DNA of 63,845 nt, the filler included, from Intoshia linei (lineage: Eukaryota > Animalia > Orthonectida), in NCBI GenBank assembly GCA_001642005.1. It is 5 parts of 5 records of this genome, joined end to end, with 100 filler letters (N's around TTAATTAATTAA, not from the genome) between each part and the next. Parts side by side here need not be neighbours in the genome. Positions count along the whole stretch, not along the records: positions 31,033 to 47,786 come from LWCA01000846.1; positions 47,887 to 52,492 come from LWCA01001901.1; 3 more parts are not named here. One strand, given 5' to 3'. Shown here piece by piece: positions 35,538-49,073 of the stretch; the stretch's first letter is position 1, and each line of letters begins with the position of its first letter. Below the pieces are notes generated by a model that searched no databases, was not told the DNA's origin, and was given only the letters and a program-made list of their open reading frames with translations. Position numbers and translations under genes: made by a program.

Positions 35538-38500
35538 ATGAAAGACGAAGAATTTTATAAAAATTTACACAGGTTTAGCAAATATTTATATTTATTAAAA
35601 ATTTTTATTAACTTATTAGTTTTAAAAAAAACGATAAAAACCTAACACGATCGGATCATCCCAACCAATTAAATTTAAATGTACTGCATAATAATCAATA
35701 TTCAATACAATAAATTTTAGGAATTGAAAAAAACACCCACCACCGCAATTATGGATAGGTAGTACATTGACAACAAATGTCATTTTTTGCAATTTTATAT
35801 AGAAAATATCAAAAAATAAATAATTAGATAAAATAATCACATTTTCATCACCTTTCTATATAAATCGGATATACAAAATTTGTTCCAGATAAACGATTCC
35901 AAAAGGGTACACGTGATACAATAAGGGTTTAAGATATCATTATATATTCATTTGATTCACGCTTTTTTTTAGTTGTAAATTTCCAGTAAATTATCAATTA
36001 AAATTGGTCACAAGTTGTCATTCATTATAATTTTAAATCAGTAACGATTTAAGATAGATTTTAATCTATCTTTCATACGTGTTGTTATTTTCTATTTTCC
36101 AAATTATTGCAATTTTTGATATACCTAATTATGTAATCGATAAAATTTAGATATCTTAAAAATGTAGAAAACATTTCCATTCTAATATCTGACAGTGATT
36201 CAGATGAGGAAAGTTTACCAATTTCGAATACATCAAATGGACCTACTTTTAATGTTTTGAATTGTGAAAGAAAGATCAATGAAGCAACAACTTTGTAATA
36301 TACCCTCTTTTATAACTTGATCTCAACTAAACTCGGCATTTTTAAAAGTTGGAATGAGTTTTCCAACTTGACTTGTAAAAATATTGAGAATGCGTTATAT
36401 AAAATATTCAATTATTTATCACATTTGTTAACATTTGTAAAAAACAATTTTAATTTTTTACAATTGAGTTGATCCCATGGTTAATTAATTTTTTGCGAGG
36501 CAGACAGAAAGGGTCTCATTATAATTCATAAGTTATGAGTCATAACATATTTTATAAAATTTGAAAATGTATATATTGTAATGTAGCATTGAAAATTTAA
36601 AAAAAAGTTTATGTCGATGGAATGTTCATTCAGACTACTTAACTGAACGAATTAACATGTATTCAAAGGTAATTTTTGTATATTTTTTATTTTTAATGAT
36701 TAAATTCTAGAAAAATGATATTGATGAACTATCCAGCCAAGTAAGTTAAAATATTGTTTGAATATTTATTTTTTAGATTGAAAAAAATTTACTTATAAGC
36801 CAAAAAACGCCAATTATATCGCAACATTTAATACCTGTTAAGAAGCTAATAATTCCAAGTAATTTGTTTTTGTAGTTGACTTGATTAAAATCTAGATCTA
36901 ACAAATAAAATGATGGAAACTATACAAATATCTCTTCGTTTGAATAATATTACCAAAATTGGTAAATATACCATCACCTCGGCCGATTTAGTTACAGTAT
37001 TAAAAAATAATTGGCTTAATGACACAGTTTGTATTTCAATTATGAAAATTATCATTTTTTAGATTATAAATGTTTATTTTAAAATGATTGAATTGAGAAA
37101 TTTTGAGAATGAAAAATTACCTAATGTGTTCTCATTCAATACATTCTTTTATACTAAACTTTTAAAAAATGGATACAACGGTGTCAAACGATGGACACGA
37201 AATGTAGATATATTTTCAAAATCGTTCATACTTGTCCCCATTCATCAAAAAATGCATTGGTGTTTTTTGGTAATTTCTAATTAAATTTAGGTTATTTTTT
37301 ATCAAATTTTAGGTTATAGATATTAAGAGAAAAAGAATTGTATATTTTGATTCACTAGGAGGGCACGATGACGTTTGTTTACATCATTTTCGGTATTTTT
37401 TATTTGTTAAAGCAGCGGTTCTCAACCTTTTTCAGGCCATAACCCAAAAACGTTTTGCCTAAAATTCCATAGCCCATTTTAAAAAAACTTTAAAATATCT
37501 ATTTTTATATACAGTAAAATGCTTTATTTATTTAAATTTATACTAGTTTGTGACTGCCTTGGCATTGGTGTTTGTTGCACAATGGATGAAATGCGATGTA
37601 ACATAATTATGTTGATATTAGTAAGATGATTTGCATGATGTAATGATATAAGCCCGAAGTCATAGATTATGTCATTATCTGTTAACTGAGTTCGTGATAT
37701 GATCTCATTTGTTAACAAAACGCAAATATCGAAATCGACATTAAAATGCGATATATCATAACGATAGGTTAGAGAAAATATACTAAATGAAATTTTTAAG
37801 CGACCAAAAAATCTTTCCACGCAGCCCCTTATAGAGGCTAATTCCTTGTGTGACTCAACATCTACTGGTTCTATTAAAGATGGACGATTCATTACATATT
37901 TTCTCAAACCTAAAGTGTCTGAATCCGGTCCCATATATCCAGAGTCGAGAATCATACCCCATCTCGTATCACTTTCTTCGTCTGTTTCTTCAATTGAAAG
38001 CTTTTTCAGGTAGCCAAGATAACTTTTAAAATTTCTTTTAAATGTGAATAGTCATGTTTACTACCCAAAAAAGCATACTGAAAAAATAACCCATAGTGAG
38101 GTTGAGTGGTCATTACAGTTACTTCTTTTTTCAAAGAATTCATTTTATTCTTACCATCGTACATCTTTTTGGTATTTAATTCTACCCCGTATGGTCTAAA
38201 ATGTCAATAAGATAAGTAAAATGAATAGTATAATACCTAAACATCTATAGAGTGCTATCTACTCAAATTTCCATCAAGTTTTTGTGGTCGTTTCTTGTTA
38301 CTCCACCATTTTTCGGACAAAAGTTCCAAAAATGGAATTCTCATTCTTTCTATTGTTTTTTGAATTAAATTCGCATTAATTCCAAATATTTATAATATAC
38401 AATTGATTGATAATGAAATAACTCGTTTAATTTCAAAATAATAGAAACATGTCATTTATATTGGTTATCATTATCATCATGTATATAAATAAATTTAATT

Positions 38501-39493
38501 CGTAAAGTTTCAATTTAATTCCATTCATCTTGACATAATTATGTTACATCGCATTTCATCCAATGAATCGTAATCAATATCTATTAGTTTATTCAATTAT
38601 TAATCGCATTATTCATCGGTTTTTCACATCCAATTTTGACATTTTCTTACTAAAAATATCGACCACTGCTGAAAATACAGCTTCTACAAGCCATGTTATA
38701 GGAAAAGCAATAATGCTTGATTGAACATTATCAAAGACAATTGGATTTGATTCTTGAATTCCCATAAATCCAAATACACTTTTTTTTTCTATTCGTCTTA
38801 CTAATTTCAAATCTTTTTTTAAGACTTAAAATAATTAAATTAAATCCAAGAGTTTTCAGTTAGTTCAGGACTGATGTTATTATCTGGTATAAAGTTTTGA
38901 AGATCTGTGAACCATAATTCATAATTTATATTTCAAATTCATTATACATTTATAGATCTTGTTTTGGTTAGAAATTTTATGGCTTAATACATAAATTTTT
39001 TTTAATGTTGAAAATTTTCTGTGGGTCACATGGCCCACGTTGAGAACCCCTGTGTTAAAGTATACATTTATTGTATTGTTTTAGTCAATATTTAATTCAA
39101 GAAGCTGAAACACAATGTAAACCTTTAAAAATTAATCAATGGAAGTTAATTACCGCTAAAGTAATTATTTTATTCAACCGGTCAAGTTATAAACAAAATT
39201 AAACAGACTGCATGTTTACTTTTAAGATTAGTTTGGTCAATTTGATACACTTGATCCAATTATTTATTTTAATTGTATATTATAGAAGAATCCGCATCAA
39301 AATAATGGAAGTGATTGTGGAGTCTTTTGTATAAAATACGCTGATTATTATAGCCAAAATTCACCTATATGTTTTACAGCTGTATGTAGTATCAAAAATA
39401 TTTTCATTCCATTTTATTTAGGACAATATGATGACGTTTCGATTCTTGATAGCTTATGAAATCGTTACCGGAAAATTATTAAAATGTACATAA
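35538..39493 (+). CDS. SENP1: Sentrin/SUMO-specific protease (Ulp1/SENP1-like, peptidase C48), multi-exon; 5' exons approximate
   Basis: NWLNDT|IINVYF, FNTFFYTKL, VKRWTRNVDIF, LVPIHQKMHWC, YFDSLG and QNNGSDCGVF. Catalytic-domain exons ~36896-37026, 37063-37270, 37313-37392, 39085-39160, 39287-39381, 39422-39493. Confidence 0.9.
37413..39052 (-). mobile_element. Buster-type hAT element inside a SENP intron
   Basis: TIR CAGCGGTTCTCAAC / GTTGAGAACCCCTG and perfect TSD TGTTAAAG. Remnant IIAFPITWLVEAVFSAVVDIFSK. Confidence 0.9.
37584..38561 (-). mobile_element. PIF/Harbinger-ISL2EU (PHIS) superfamily element nested in the Buster element
   Basis: Perfect 29-bp TIR GGATGAAATGCGATGTAACATAATTATGT and 3-bp AAT duplication. 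DDE_Tnp_4-type motifs ILDSGYMG and LASIRGCVERFFGRLK. Confidence 0.88.
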
Positions 39494-39911
39494 TATAAAA
39501 TTTAATATTTGTAATTGTCTTCTTTATTAACTTACTATGATATACTTTCGTGGTTTATAAACTTGTTAATGTTGTCCAAGTTAATGGTTCATAGCAGTTC
39601 ACAATTTTGTTTAGATTGAGTTGATCTGTATAAAATTGTACAAATATATTTTCGATTTCGTCATAATTCTACAAACGATTCTAAATATTATGCTAGTCTT
39701 CCCAGCAAAGAGGATAAAAACATAATTATTAACTCAAGTGACATAGTGTATGTCACATACAATGCATTTATGATAAATAAATAATAATTTATTAAACAAT
39801 CAAATTAAAGGTTAATTCATGTCAAGAGTGATAATTAAACAGAAACCAGAGATACAAAAAATAGCCAACTTTAGTGACAAATTTCGAGCACATTTATAAT
39901 ATTTTGATTAA

Positions 39912-42900
39912 ATGGTAAAGTATGGAATAATTATAAAAATAATATCATTATAGGCCCAAAATAATTACATGGACTTGCACCGTAAACGGTATGGTAAACG
40001 TATGGACCATGATGAACGAATGTAATACGAATAAATATATTTTATACATGAATGTAATTAGGAGGAAACGGCTAGCTCGTAAACCGCACACTATACAAAA
40101 ACAAGCTAGGAATTTGCGCGGCATAAAGTAAATTCCAACTCAACTTAATAAAATGAATTTTTTTAAATTAGAGCTAAACAATTTAACAAGAAACGACGCA
40201 TTGAGAAAATTCAAATGAAAAAAACGTATTTGAAATATTGATGTCTATTGATTTAAATTGATGACTTCATTTAGCGAAAATCAAAATCAAAAAAAGAAGG
40301 GTAATGTGGACAAAGAGGAACCTCTTAGTTCTGGAGCTATGCCATTTTTTGTTTTGGATAGGTCTGAAACTAAAAGAGCTAAAATTCTAAGTAATATGGT
40401 TAAGCAAAAACGAAAGGAAAAATCAGTAATTCTTTTCCATTCATACTTATATCTACTAATGTAGGGTAAATGGGACGTACCTATACCCAAAGTTAAAGCT
40501 GTAAGCGATGCTGATACGTTCAAAGTATTGAAAACCGGAAAATCCAAGAGTTTTTTATTTTAATTATATTATTAATTATATGTATGTTAGGGAAAGCTTG
40601 GAAAAGAATGGTTACTAAAGTTTGCCATGTCAGTGAAACGTTTACTAGAAAACCTCCAAAATATGAGCGATTTATCAGACCTATGGTATGTTTCATTTTA
40701 ATAGCGTTCGAATGTTTTAATTTTTTAAATATTTAGGGCTTAAGATTTAAAAAAGCTCATGTTACACATCCAGAACTTAAAGCTACATTCCATTTGCCAA
40801 TTATTTCAGTCAAACAAAATCCAAGTAGTAGTTTATTTACCTCACTCGGTGTTATTACAAAAGGAACTGTGATTGAAGTATTATCTTTATTTATTATTAA
40901 AATACAGTATTCTCTCCACAACTCGCCATTAATTAAAAATATAAATTAAAAGTTTTAAAACCATTTTTCAAAATCAATTTAACCTTTAATTTAAAGGTTT
41001 TATCTGCTGTTTCTAGTTTTAAATTTTCTATTTCACCAACTTTTTCTAAATCCTAAGAATTACGAGTTATAGAGAGAATACTGTATTTATGTCGTGTAAT
41101 TGTGTATTACACGTGATATATTTTTTGATTAAATGCGTCAAAAAAATTCATTACTTTTTTTTATATGTTGTAGTTGATTTTTTTGATTAATGTTTTTATT
41201 TAGGTGAATATTAGTGAACTTGGATTGGTTACACAAGGAGGAAAAGTTGTTTGGGGTATTTTATTTGTATTTTCTGGTATATTTGAAAGTTTTTATTATT
41301 CTTATCATTGCTCAGAAAAAATGTAATATGAATTGATAATTGTAATTCACAGGTCAACAACTTATTAAGGTGGGTATCTAATTTGAGGGAAAGGTTCTAG
41401 TTCGCCCTGATATAATTTATGAAACTTAAAAACAGCTATATCAAAGAATAATGCTCTTTAATTTTGTATCTTACCAATTTAAATCTAATTTATATTTCAT
41501 GTTCACGTTTTTGTCACGACCCTACTAATTTTTGAAATCGAAAATGAAACAGGACCCTAAAAAATTTTCTCAAACCATTACAGTGACCAGTGCATTGGTA
41601 GTGTCATATGTCCAAGGGTTTTAATTTTTAATTTATCAACTCAAAATAATTTTTATTCATTGTGTCAATATATTTTAACTACTTAATTTCAAAAAATGAG
41701 GCTCCCATTTTACAAAAATTACGTACAACCCACCATCCCGAAGAGGGTCTCGGAGTTTGGTAGATTAGCTCTGGGTTTTAGTATTGTAAAATAAAAATGT
41801 CTGAGGATAAAGTGACTAACATATTGGTCACAATATGACCGACATGTGAATGATGTTATTTTATGATTATGATTTAAATGTTGACTACTTCAAATGTGTC
41901 AAAAATTATAGACTATAAAATAATATTATTGTATATATAAAGAAATACAGTATCCTCTCTACAATTTGCTTAAAATTCTTATTTAACATTTGGCTATGTT
42001 AATAAAATTCAAAAGGCGCAGAAAATTATGAAACATTTCTTAATATACTGTAGCGACAGATTAAGTGAACCACCTTACTGTAGAAAAGTGGAAGATGTAC
42101 CATTTGTGATAAATAGACTACTTTTTTGGATCCCATATGGGAACCCCTGATTTAACAGAATTATAATTAAAATTTATAAGTTTAAAATTGTTAATTAAAA
42201 ATAAATTTTCATTTCTAACATATTTTTCAGTTTGAAGGGTTTACGTAGTATATGATATATTCGTTATGATTAACTAAAATAAATAATATTGATAAATCGG
42301 ATAAACCACAGTGTTTTTTCTAATTAAAATTTAAAGCCATTTTATATAACAATTTTTTCAAATTTAAGCTTATTACATTTTTCGGATGCCAAATCGACTT
42401 TTATTGAATTAAGCTGTGCAAAATAGAAAATGGTTGACAACCCATGACGTAGGTAGTTAAAAACTGGTTAACGTTTAAAAAAATATATGATCTGATTACC
42501 ATAAAAAAATGTCGTCTATTTAAATCCAACCATTTTTACTAAAAATAACAATTTACCAACCGTTAAACGAAAAATCCTGTTTTACCAGCCCTTTGGAGGA
42601 AATCATTAGGCAAAATTCTATTTTTACCAACTATTATATGCGATTCTAAAACACGCTTTTTTCATTTTGAGTATTGAATTAGATTGCTTTATTGCAAACA
42701 TGACATTTTATTGAGTTTACAAAATTATATATTTTAAGACTTTTTAAGTTTGTTGCATTAGATAAAATGTTATTACTTTTACCCTTATTGAATTAAAAAA
42801 CTGTATATTTGTATGTATTATATGGGTTACTGTGCATTTATAGAAATACATATAATAAATGTATATAATTACGCAATATTTATAAAATGACAACAATATT

Positions 42901-43957
42901 CCACTTTAAAAAATAGCAATTTTCAAGTTTTAAAAGTAGGTAAAAGTGGAATTTTCCTGAAACTAAAATGGTTGGATTTTAGAATATTCTCATAAAAAAT
43001 ATTTTGAAAGATTCAATTGTATACTATATCCATGATTACTCCAGGGTTGCCAACATTAAGTTATCTCAACCCAAATTTTTGAGCGAAGCTCAAAATTTGG
43101 CTGATACGCAGCGAAGCAAAAACATTTTTTGGGGCCCTCTTTTACTTTGGCCTCTCTTTTTCAAAAAATATGGCTGTCACTAAGTAATGGAATAAAATTA
43201 ATTACTAACACTAAGAGTCATTCACCATTCAGAAAAAAATTATAGAATATAAATAAAATATGTTCTATCTGATGATTTTTATTAAAATAATTAAATTACC
43301 CTGAGAAAAATAACTTAACCCTGAGCCCTGAGTTGAATTTAAATACCCGAATTTTCGGGGGGAAAATAACGCAGTTGGAAACCCTGGATTACTCCCATTA
43401 TCAATGTTTGACATAAATCGACCACATAAAAAAACTACCTACCACCATCTAAAAAACTCATTGGCTTAATCCACCACTACTGGAAATTAATAGTATTATG
43501 TATGATTCACAATCAAAATTTCCCTATTTCATCAAATTCACTACTACGCCAAAACGATACAAGTGATAACGTTGGTGAACTAGAGAGGGTACTATATAAT
43601 GTATGGAAAATTTCAATAAAATGAAGTCACTTTTTCTTTCATTTTTAGAGGATTTAGAAATTTTTTAAACAAATAATCAAATTTTGTTTAATAGGTTATT
43701 TTATTTTGTTGCAAGGTCGACTTATTTTATAATAAAATTTGTATAAAATTACCTTGTATTTTAATTGAGACTTTTTTAAATTTAAGTTAAAAATCTAATC
43801 AGACTATTAGCTAAAAATAGTTGGATTAGTGACTTTGTCGTTGACACATTTAACCATCTCAATTGAAAATTTCTGATAAAAATGTATAGGTAAATATGCC
43901 CAAGTGACAAATAACCCTGAAAACGATGGATGTATAAATGCAGTTTTGTTAGTATAA
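39912..43957 (+). CDS. NSA2: Ribosome biogenesis protein NSA2
   Basis: M|[61 protein letters not shown]|[15 protein letters not shown] and terminal [22 protein letters not shown]. Confidence 0.95.
40905..41083. mobile_element. Tc1/mariner-pogo-type MITE in an NSA2 intron
   Basis: TA|CAGTATTCTCTC ... GAGAGAATACTG|TA. Confidence 0.75.
41948..43594. mobile_element. Related TA-flanked pogo-like element, expanded by nested insertions
   Basis: TA|CAGTATCCTCTCTA ... TAGAGAGGGTACTA|TA. Contains the hAT MITE 43042-43386. Confidence 0.55.
43042..43386. mobile_element. hAT MITE (CAGGGTTGCCAAC family)
   Basis: TIRs plus perfect TSD GATTACTC. It is an inverted deletion derivative of 20668-21857. Confidence 0.9.
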
Positions 43958-44415
43958 TTAATTAATAAATGTAAATAAACATTTCAAATAATGAGTATCA
44001 TGCAACAGGTTAGAATTAATAGTATAAAATTGTCTCAAAATAACTCATGTATATCAGTTGTATTTAAATTTAAGAGATTTCTTAGTATGATGAATCTATG
44101 TATGAAATGTATTTTTTCATTTATTGTAATTTATTAATTTAATTAAAGTTACCACTATGCACTCTTCATTATTGATAAAATTGATGAAATGTGATAAAAT
44201 ACAAATTTATACAAATTAGTCTAAATATAAGGTGAGCATAATTTTATTATCATCATGAATAGATTTTAGCAGGCATCTGCCTTTTGACGAAAATTGTAGA
44301 ATTTTATAAATGAGTAAATAAAATGAAACTCATCTGCGTTGTGGATAGTCACTTTACAAAAATTTAAAATTGCGTTATACGATATAAAAACTATAAATGC
44401 TCAATAAATAACTGA

Positions 44416-45617
44416 ATGTGTTTAATATTCCTAGTATTATTAAATCTATTTGTAAGCTACAAAAACGTGCAAATTTTCGAAACACCTACTCCATTTTTTT
44501 TAATGTCCGGAGATACCTTGGCATTGCGCTGTTTTGATGAAACAAATATCGATTTGGTTTGGTACCGAAGAACTAAATTATCCAACAATAGTCAATCAAT
44601 CATTGTACCTTCCTATGAAAAAAATTTTGAAATTCACAAAACTACCATATATCCTAAAATGTCTGTTCAAACTACTCTCATATATAGAAAGCTATCACTT
44701 GATGACGCCGGCGTTTATTTATGTTCTGATTTACTAAAATATTACATGTCTGCTATTTGGCTTACAGTTATCGATAGTAATTTTTTTGTGTATTGTTTTG
44801 TAATTTAAAATTTTAGTTGTACCTAGTAAAAATCTGACAATCAATTATTTTACCTCCAGTGTGTAATCTATATTTACTACAAAAATTTAAATACCTATTT
44901 ATGTTTGTTCAATTTTTATTTTTGATGTATTTTTTTAGACGCCTCACATGCCAAATTATTGGATTAGAAACTAATTTATCTCTTGTTTCTTATTTTTGGA
45001 CTTTTAATGGTCAGGTTATTTCCAATCCTCAGGATCGTTTTATCTCAATGGATTATCATCCGAATAATACATTTTCTATAATTATTAAACCAAACATAGG
45101 TATTTCATTATATATATATTTTTTTAAATCCCACTAGTACAATGTATTAATGATCAGTGTATAAGTCTTGAATTTTGATTTGTGATAAAATGAAAAGAGA
45201 TATTAACTATTACGTGTATTATAATAGCTCGTCTATTTAATAGACTATTATATTCGAATTTCACTATATTTTTGAAATTGTTTCTATTCGTGAATTCAGT
45301 AGTTATCAATATCTTTAAGTAGTTTTTAATATACAACATTATATTGAGTATATTATTTTTGTAGATACTAATGTTACTGGAGTTTATGAATGTGTATATA
45401 AATTGCATACGTCTTACGGTTTAGCCATTTTTTCAAAACCTATATTTTTTAAAGGTTAGTATTGTGTATACTTTTATATTCATTACATTTTTATTTAGTA
45501 AAACACCAACTTTTTGCAGAAGGTAAAGTGGGTAGTTCTTGCAATATAATCCACCCAAACAAGCAATTATATTTATTGCAAATTTTATTATTTATTTGCT
45601 TGTTGGACATTTATTAA
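44416..45617 (+). CDS. Two-Ig-domain cell-surface protein, probably GPI-anchored; exons ~44416-44776, 44817-44862, 44939-45099, 45365-45454, 45499-45617
   Basis: Signal peptide, Ig1 GDTLALRC..LVWYR..DDAGVYLC and Ig2 LTCQ..YFWTFNG..TGVYEC. Hydrophobic C-terminus GSSC...LYLLQILLFICLLDIY*. Confidence 0.75.
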
Positions 45618-47886
45618 ATCTCGTTATCCATCATGTACTTTACGGAATTTGTGTTTATTTTAGTTGTAAATATACTGAATGATTTATTTGTTTAAAAAAA
45701 ATTAGGGACCCCTGATTTTGATCTACAATGAAGTCTACAACTTATTGTTTCCTAACATTGAGCGCTATCAGTCCTAAGGAGATGGATGAATGTCATTATC
45801 TATTATTAGTTTGAATAGTTCAACAATGTATCTCCCCAATCGTGGTTGTACGTTAGGCTGTTAACTATTTTTAAATCAAAAATACAGGGTGAGAAATATA
45901 CACTTAAGAGTCGTGGTATAGTTTTTTAAGTTTAAATTTGGAAAAAGTCCGGCCAACCCAAGCAAAATAGTTATTAATAATAACTTATTATAAATATATT
46001 TTTTCAAAACCTTAACATTTAATTTATTTTAAATGTTGTTTTTATTTTTGAAGTTGGTATAATGCAGGGTTCCCACTAACACTCGCGGACCGGTAATAAA
46101 TTATAAATTTTAGTGCAGACCATTAAAGCGAAATTAAAAAAAATTGATAAAAAACGTAATTAGTTAACTTCTAATTAGAAAAAATGTAATAACTGTAAAA
46201 ATCATAAAAATCGTTCTATAAATTTAATAATAAGGGTTAAGCCAAATATATTTTTTGCACGCTTTATTTCTCTTGAAACCTGTATGCGAGTACCCGTTTA
46301 CAATAGATTATAGGAAGATATTAAAGATTGACATTTCGAGATGTACAGCATTGTAAATCTGATTTACTCAATAATTCGTATAATGAATAGTTTAATAAAA
46401 ATGGTTTTTCTAACACCCCCTGAAATTAATTCAAGCACCTGTTAAGAAAAGCTGACTTAGAGGCTTTTAATTTTTTTTCACTTTGTATAAAAAAATACAC
46501 GTAATTCTTCAAAAAATAATTTAACAAGTTTTCATTTAAATCTTTGCACAAATAAATTGGTGGAAAGGGTGTTTAGAATGGGCAATGAAAATATAAATGA
46601 CGTGAAAATTTAGAACACGTTTAGAGCATATTTAAAATTATACATTTATATTCTCATTTTTTGCAATATGCATATTAAGGTAATTTATGTGATGATTTAA
46701 CTTATTTTAATACTTTAACTTTAAACCTTTATATAAACGAGAAAAATTTAATTTACATTATAGCGACAAGCTATTTCATTTTAAGAATGTTTGGTGCTAA
46801 AGTCGGTGGTATTTTTTGATTTCAAATTTTTTCCATATGGATATTCGTTTTGTACAGAAAATTGCTCATATGGATTATATGCAAATCATGAATTAATTAT
46901 TAATGCTGGAAAATTAGTTTTCTTGCAAATACGGATCAATTACACAATCAATAGAGATACTGAATAAACGAAAATTATTACTATAGAATAGAAATGACTA
47001 CACTTAAGGACTAATTTTCTTAATAACGATTTATTTATTACAATCTAAAATATTTACATCCATTGATTGAATCAGTCGATATGCTAATAAAATATTTAAA
47101 TTGCAAATTTAAAATAACATTAAAATTAAGCCTGATTCACTTTGCTTTAGACAATTTTTATATAAAAAAACAAGTGCAACTAATGGACATTTTGAATTTG
47201 AAATATATACAGAATGTTAATAATCATGAAATATAATAAAATATTTTACTATTCATCAAAACCCTAATTATCTTATGCATACTTGTAACACAAAATAGAT
47301 ATATCATCGAATATTCATTATTTTTATAATTATGTAGAATCTACATTATAGATACCACATACACTGCGACAATCCCAAGGAAGCAAAAGAGGCATACATC
47401 TAAATCTAAATACGGTTCAAACCAAATGAAATCATGTAATATAAAATAGATTTTTTTATATAAATTATATGTTCAATTAATATTATTCATATATTTATTA
47501 TCGTTGTTTTAGTTTTGATCAAAATCAATTAAGAGAAAGAATTTCGAATACGTTGGACATGAGACATGCCTAGGGCAAGCAAAAGTCAGAAAAGTTAAAA
47601 TTTGATATGTTAAATAGTTTAACATTTCCAGCATGATGGCACTAATATTAAATTTTAAAAGTTAATAAAGTTAGATTTTTAAATATTCAATTATTTACAT
47701 GTGCAAATTGTGCATTGCATTGTTTTAAATAATACAAATCTGAATCTTAACCAAATTTTAATCTAATAATCAGTTAATGCCTAAATNNNNNNNNNNNNNN
47801 NNNNNNNNNNNNNNNNNNNNNNNNNNNNNNTTAATTAATTAANNNNNNNNNNNNNNNNNNNNNNNNNNNNNNNNNNNNNNNNNNNN

Positions 47887-48196
47887 TGTTTATGATTTTA
47901 AAATCTGTATCAGCGTATATATTTTTTAAATTCTCCAACTGGTTTGATTTTCAAAAAAAAGCAGAATTGGGGTTTTTGACCCGTAAGATGTGAGTTTGGG
48001 AGGTTGAAATTTATTTTGCGAACACCCCCGGAAAAAAACTGTAATTGAATTGGACTTAATTGAATTAATATAAATAATAAATTTATGAATTGAATTCTAA
48101 GACGTGTATTTATTTAAATAAAGTGGAACACACACACACAAACAAAAATCGCGAAGCATATTAGATAAGTAACGATATACAATGTATAAGTAAGGA
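47887..48196 (-). mobile_element. Helitron-like family copy (5' part, gap-truncated)
   Basis: Near-identical to 11680-11940 and 59390-59650. Confidence 0.65.
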
Positions 48197-49073
48197 TTTT
48201 GTATTTGCATTGTATGCAATTGTAATATTTTAGTAACATTTAATTTAACTGTGATTCTGTTGTATTATATGCTATCACGAACAAATTACCTCTAAAATTG
48301 CAAATGAAAATTTTCACGAATTTTTGACTTGTAGTTTAGAATCGAGTTTAACTGTACATGTATAATCGTAACAAGATGAAACATACGTTACCCAAATATT
48401 TGTAAAAATTCAAAAATTATTTAACCAATGAACACATTATTTATAAATATAAAGCGTACCATTACAAACAATATAATCTTTTGTGTCGATAAAAACCTTT
48501 CTACAAAACATGATGGATATATTTATAATTGAAATAAAAAAATTGTATCAAATCAATGAATATGTAGTTTGAATTAATGAAAAGTAAACTTAGTATATTT
48601 TTTGGTTAATATTGACTCATCTTAAAACAATTCTAAAATGAAATAAACTTTTATAGACATTATCCTAATTAATTTTATTATTAATATAGTATTTATATAT
48701 TATATAAGTTAATAAAATTATCAATGAGCAGTCAAAAAACTAATTTTTAAGAAGAAATTATCAAAAGAAAAATTTAAAAAATGCAATAACCCATTAGAAC
48801 GGGTGGGAAACAATTTTCATAGTTATTAAGATGGATCATTGAAGCATTTAATTTTCTTTGAACAGTTTACAATTGGAATGTCATTGACGTCACAAATTTA
48901 GGTGAACAAAAGACTGGATTGATGATTTGCCATACCAATATAATACCAATATAATATATAATAAAAAAATTATTATATTAAAAATTACTATTTCATTTTG
49001 AAAACTTTACAGTCACCAGCCAACACATCAATGGCTTCATTCAAGATGCAATTGAATAAATAAACAAATAAAC

